DNA of 64,000 nt, taken from assembly GCF_009914755.1 (NCBI RefSeq), contig NC_060943.1, one strand, 5' to 3'. The notes under the pieces are model-generated. The model was not told the DNA's origin. It searched no databases and saw nothing but the letters and a program-made list of their open reading frames with translations. Position numbers and translations under genes: made by a program. Below are positions 60,479-64,000 of the stretch, piece by piece (within the stretch, counting starts at the first letter, position 1; every line of letters begins with the position of its first letter). This DNA comes from the human T2T-CHM13v2.0 reference genome, Homo sapiens.

Positions 60479-60515
<37 letters not shown>

Positions 60516-60768
60516 TCCCTCTCTCCCTTCTCGCTCTTTCCGTGGCCCTCTCTTTCTGTCTCTGTCCGTCTGTGTGTGCGTGCGCCTCGGGACACATGTG
60601 CCCTGTGCGCCGGAGGGTGGGTTTCTTGCACGTCGGCCTTTCTTCTGGTCAGCCTCTCCCCGCGTCTCTGTCTGGGTCGTGTGGCCGGTTGGCAGTCGTC
60701 GTCCCGGCGGTTCCAGTTTGGGGGTCTGTGAAGGCCTGGGCAACGTGGGCATCGGCGTCGGACCCGCA
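45539..60768. repeat. Higher-order repeat B: two copies of a 3-monomer block (7611 and 7619 bp)
   Basis: Diagnostic variants recur in the same order: C>G at 46118/53729, C>T at 49760/57375, and a remodelled pyrimidine tract at ~52861/60480 with linked SNPs. Confidence 0.92.
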
Positions 60769-63013
60769 GGGGTTTTCATCCCCTCCCCATCCGGAGCAGC
60801 CTCTTTGCTAGGCTGGATCCAGACGAGCGCTCCCCAACCAAGGACAACGGCCTCCCAGGCGCTCATCGTCCACCCGCAGGAGGGTGCCCGCAGAGCTTCA
60901 AGAAGGTGGTTGTCACGCCTGTCGCCCTCTGCCCTCATCGAGAAATGTAGCCACAGCTCGACGCAGGGACGGAGAAGGAAGCCGGCAAGGGGATGGGGCA
61001 AGCATGTCTGTCTCTCAAAGGCTGGCCTTCCTGGCCGAGTCACCCGTTTGACACTCCTCCCCGGATGCCGGTGGTGGTGGCATGGCCCCCCCGTATCCTG
61101 CCTGGGCTCTGGCCTCTGCTCTGACCTCCCTCTTGCTGTGTCTGCCCCGTCTCTGAGAAGCCTGGCGGCTTCTTAGTGTGGCTCAGTGTCTTCCACAAAG
61201 AAGACTTCCCCGTCCATCAGGGAGAAACCTCGTGGCGGTCCGCGTCATGATTGTTTCCCTCTCCACACCTCTTTCTGGATGATTGGGCAGCTGTGGTGAT
61301 CCTGGAGCTCTGGGCTTCCATACCTGTGTGGGACAGGGAAGCTCTCTCGGTCTCCATGGCCCAAGTGATGGCTGCACGCTCGGTCCAGGAAGAGGCGGAG
61401 GCAAGCCCACCGCTCCTGACATTGGCCTTCTAGGAAAGGCGGTGTTGCATCCCACCTGCACTTCCTCTCTGATTCTTGAGGGCCAACCGCTTCCTCCGCT
61501 CCTGGGGAAAGTGCCTTCTAGCACCGAATCTTTTGGCTGCCACGGATGTCAGGGAGCCAACGGGACTGGGTTTTGGCTGGGTGCAGGGGAGGTTGCGTCA
61601 GGGGTACCTAGCCGGCGGCGGGCTGGGGGTGGGGTGTACTTTGTCCAAACCTCTCGGCTCCTCTGGCGGGCCTCCCTGAACGTGGCGTGGACTCGCGCAC
61701 AGGCCCTGTCTCGCAGGTTTTCAGGTGCGCTTGGCTTTTCCTCCGCTTTGTGGGGCAGGTCTCCAGTGGCCCCCCGGGCGCACGCCTGGACATCACTGTC
61801 CGTCTCGTCGTCGCCCCCTACGGCCTCAAAGACACACGCTGCCTGCATGTGCTCTTGGGGGACGACAGTGCCACATGTGGACACACTGGCTCCAGCTCGG
61901 ACTCGCCTCTGTCTCTCTTTGCCCGTGTCGCCGGAAGCCGCCTCGGGTTGCCGGAGCCCTCGGGCCTTGGAGATGAAGGCAGGCCCCTGCTCCTGCCAGG
62001 AAGGAGGGAGGCAGTGGGCTCATGGGTCGGTGCCTTTGCAGCCGACAGCACGCCTTGCGGCCCTGGGGATCTTCCTGTGCCCCGGCGAGACCCTTTCCGC
62101 CTCACTGCATTGGAACCCCATTCCCGATCACCCGCTGGGATCCATCATCGGACCCCAAGAGGAGTCCGCGCAGCCCAGCCGGCACCCCGAAGCTCCTCCT
62201 TCAGTGGGAACCGAAGCAGAAGAGCGATCAAGGAGGTCCTCACCACAGGACTCATGGGTCCGACCCTGGGTCTCCCGCAGGCCCCTCTGGCAGTCCTCTT
62301 CCCACCCGCCGCCTCGGGCTGCGCCTTCGCCGCCGCCGCCGCAACCTCCAGCACCGCCGCCCCAGGCCCCGCAGCCGCCGCGTCGCCGCCATTTTTTAAA
62401 GGGTCCGCAGCCTGACTCTGCGGAGTAAGGGGGGGTGGAGCGGGGGAGTCGGCCTCGCCAGCGCGCATGCGCGAGGCCCGAGCCGCCGCTTGGGTCACAG
62501 TGAAAGCCACCGTTGCCCGGGGATGGGTCCCTGACACTTGGGGAAGTAGGAGCCCTGTGTGATCGTGCGTCTGAGTCTGGGCTGAGACCAGTCCTGGCCA
62601 GGGCAGTTACCAGGACGGTCTCCGGAGGCCGGGATTCGCGGAGGGTCCAGCAGCAGGAAGAAACCCCAGGAGGAAGAAACCTCAGACAGATCGCCGGCGA
62701 GGCAGCGCGGGATCCCAGCCTCAGGCGTGCGCGGACGGTGTGCGGGTGAGTCTCCCCAAAAGTGGAGCCCTTGTGATGACGAGCACAGGTCCGCCTGCGT
62801 GCCCGTGGGCTGCTCTCTCACCGGTGGCTCTCAGTCGCGGAGAGCAGAACCCGGCAGCTTCAGGGGCTGCCTGCGGGAGGGTGTTCCCTGCTGTACGTGT
62901 GTGTTCGTCATGGGTGTGTGTGTGTGTGTGTTGGGGGGGGTGCGTCTGTGTGTGTGTCTGTGTGTGTGCGCGCGCAGTGCCTGTCTGTGTGCCGACTTCT
63001 GTCTCTCTCTCAC

Positions 63014-63058
<45 letters not shown>

Positions 63059-64000
63059 CCTTCTCGCTCTTTCCGTGGCCCTCTCTTTCTGTCTCTGTCC
63101 GTCTGTGTGTGCGTGCGCCTCGGGACACATGTGCCCTGTGCGCCGGAGGGTGGGTTTCTTGCACGTCGGCCTTTCTTCTGGTCAGCCTCTCCCCGCGTCT
63201 CTGCCTGGGTCGTGTGGCCGGTTGGCAGTCGTCGTCCCGGCGGTTCCAGTTTGGGGGTCTGTGAAGGCCTGGGCAACGTGGGCATCGGCGTCGGACCCGC
63301 AGGGGTTTTCATCCCCTCCCCATCCGGAGCAGCCTCTTTGCTAGGCTGGATCCAGACGAGCGCTCCCCAACCAAGGACAACGGCCTCCCAGGCGCTCATC
63401 GTCCACCCGCAGGAGGGTGCCCGCAGAGCTTCAAGAAGGTGGTTGTCACGCCTGTCGCCCTCTGCCCTCATCGAGAAATGTAGCCACAGCTCGACGCAGG
63501 GACGGAGAAGGAAGCCGGCAAGGGGATGGGGCAAGCATGTCTGTCTCTCAAAGGCTGGCCTTCCTGGCCGAGTCACCCGTTTGACACTCCTCCCCGGATG
63601 CCGGTGGTGGTGGCATGGCCCCCCCGTATCCTGCCTGGGCTCTGGCCTCTGCTCTGACCTCCCTCTTGCTGTGTCTGCCCCGCCTCTGAGAAGCCTGGCG
63701 GCTTCTTAGTGTGGCTCAGTGTCTTCCACAAAGAAGACTTCCCCGTCCATCAGGGAGAAACCTCGTGGCGGTCCGCGTCATGATTGTTTCCCTCTCCACA
63801 CCTCTTTCTGGATGATTGGGCAGCTGTGGTGATCCTGGAGCTCTGGGCTTCCATACCTGTGTGGGACAGGGAAGCTCTCTCGGTCTCCATGGCCCAAGTG
63901 ATGGCTGCACGCTCGGTCCAGGAAGAGGCGGAGGCAAGCCCACCGCTCCTGACATTGGCCTTCTAGGAAAGGCGGTGTTGCATCCCACCTGCACTTCCTC

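Larger units (their letters stand above)
1..64000. repeat. Tandem macrosatellite array of ~2.53 kb monomers (25 full + 1 partial), most likely primate SST1/MER22 (NBL2 family), 2.5-kb form
   Basis: Identical ORF sets and sequence recur with spacings of 2531,2522,2527,2531,2522,2527,2533,2541,2527,2533,2523,2526,2545,2535,2527,2535,2530,2523,2535,2539,2537,2539,2543,2537,2533 bp. Copies differ only by a few SNPs, small indels and the microsatellite length. The tandem structure is certain. The SST1 name rests on unit length, one GAGCTC (SstI) per unit and composition, and was not confirmed by search. The chromosome cannot be assigned from this window. Confidence 0.85.

Noticed and set aside
1-64000. 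Alternative identities: D4Z4/DUX4, 5S or U2 RNA gene arrays, rDNA spacer, herpesvirus repeats, CRISPR array, transgene concatemer
   Set aside because: There is no homeodomain ORF, no 5S/U2/tRNA/rRNA sequence, no recognisable Alu or L1, no repeat-spacer pattern and no vector elements. The unit size and natural SNP haplotype structure fit a genomic SST1-type macrosatellite.

Overview
The whole 64 kb window is one uninterrupted head-to-tail tandem array of a GC/CpG-rich monomer of 2522-2545 bp, with 25 complete copies and a partial 26th. Units start (at GGGGTTTTCATCCCC) at 1, 2532, 5054, 7581, 10112, 12634, 15161, 17694, 20235, 22762, 25295, 27818, 30344, 32889, 35424, 37951, 40486, 43016, 45539, 48074, 50613, 53150, 55689, 58232, 60769 and 63302. 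The unit size, the single SstI/SacI site I found per unit, the CpG richness and the internal (GT)n/(TC)n tract fit the primate SST1 (MER22/NBL2 family) macrosatellite in its ~2.5 kb form; this identification is from recognition, not a database search. I see no credible protein-coding gene, and the ORF track looks like GC-rich noise. Three things stand out. (i) Each monomer carries what looks like a bidirectional CpG-island promoter cassette: an NRF1 palindrome, a GC/GT box, a YY1/ATG motif, and divergent GTGAG splice donors on both sides. (ii) A 46-codon Arg-rich minus-strand mini-ORF keeps its stop codon in both alleles of a 2-bp indel. (iii) The array history is readable: two independent 3-monomer higher-order duplications, orphan haplotype units, and a four-gamete violation within 34 bp. 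Coordinates of per-unit features are given for unit 1 unless stated otherwise.
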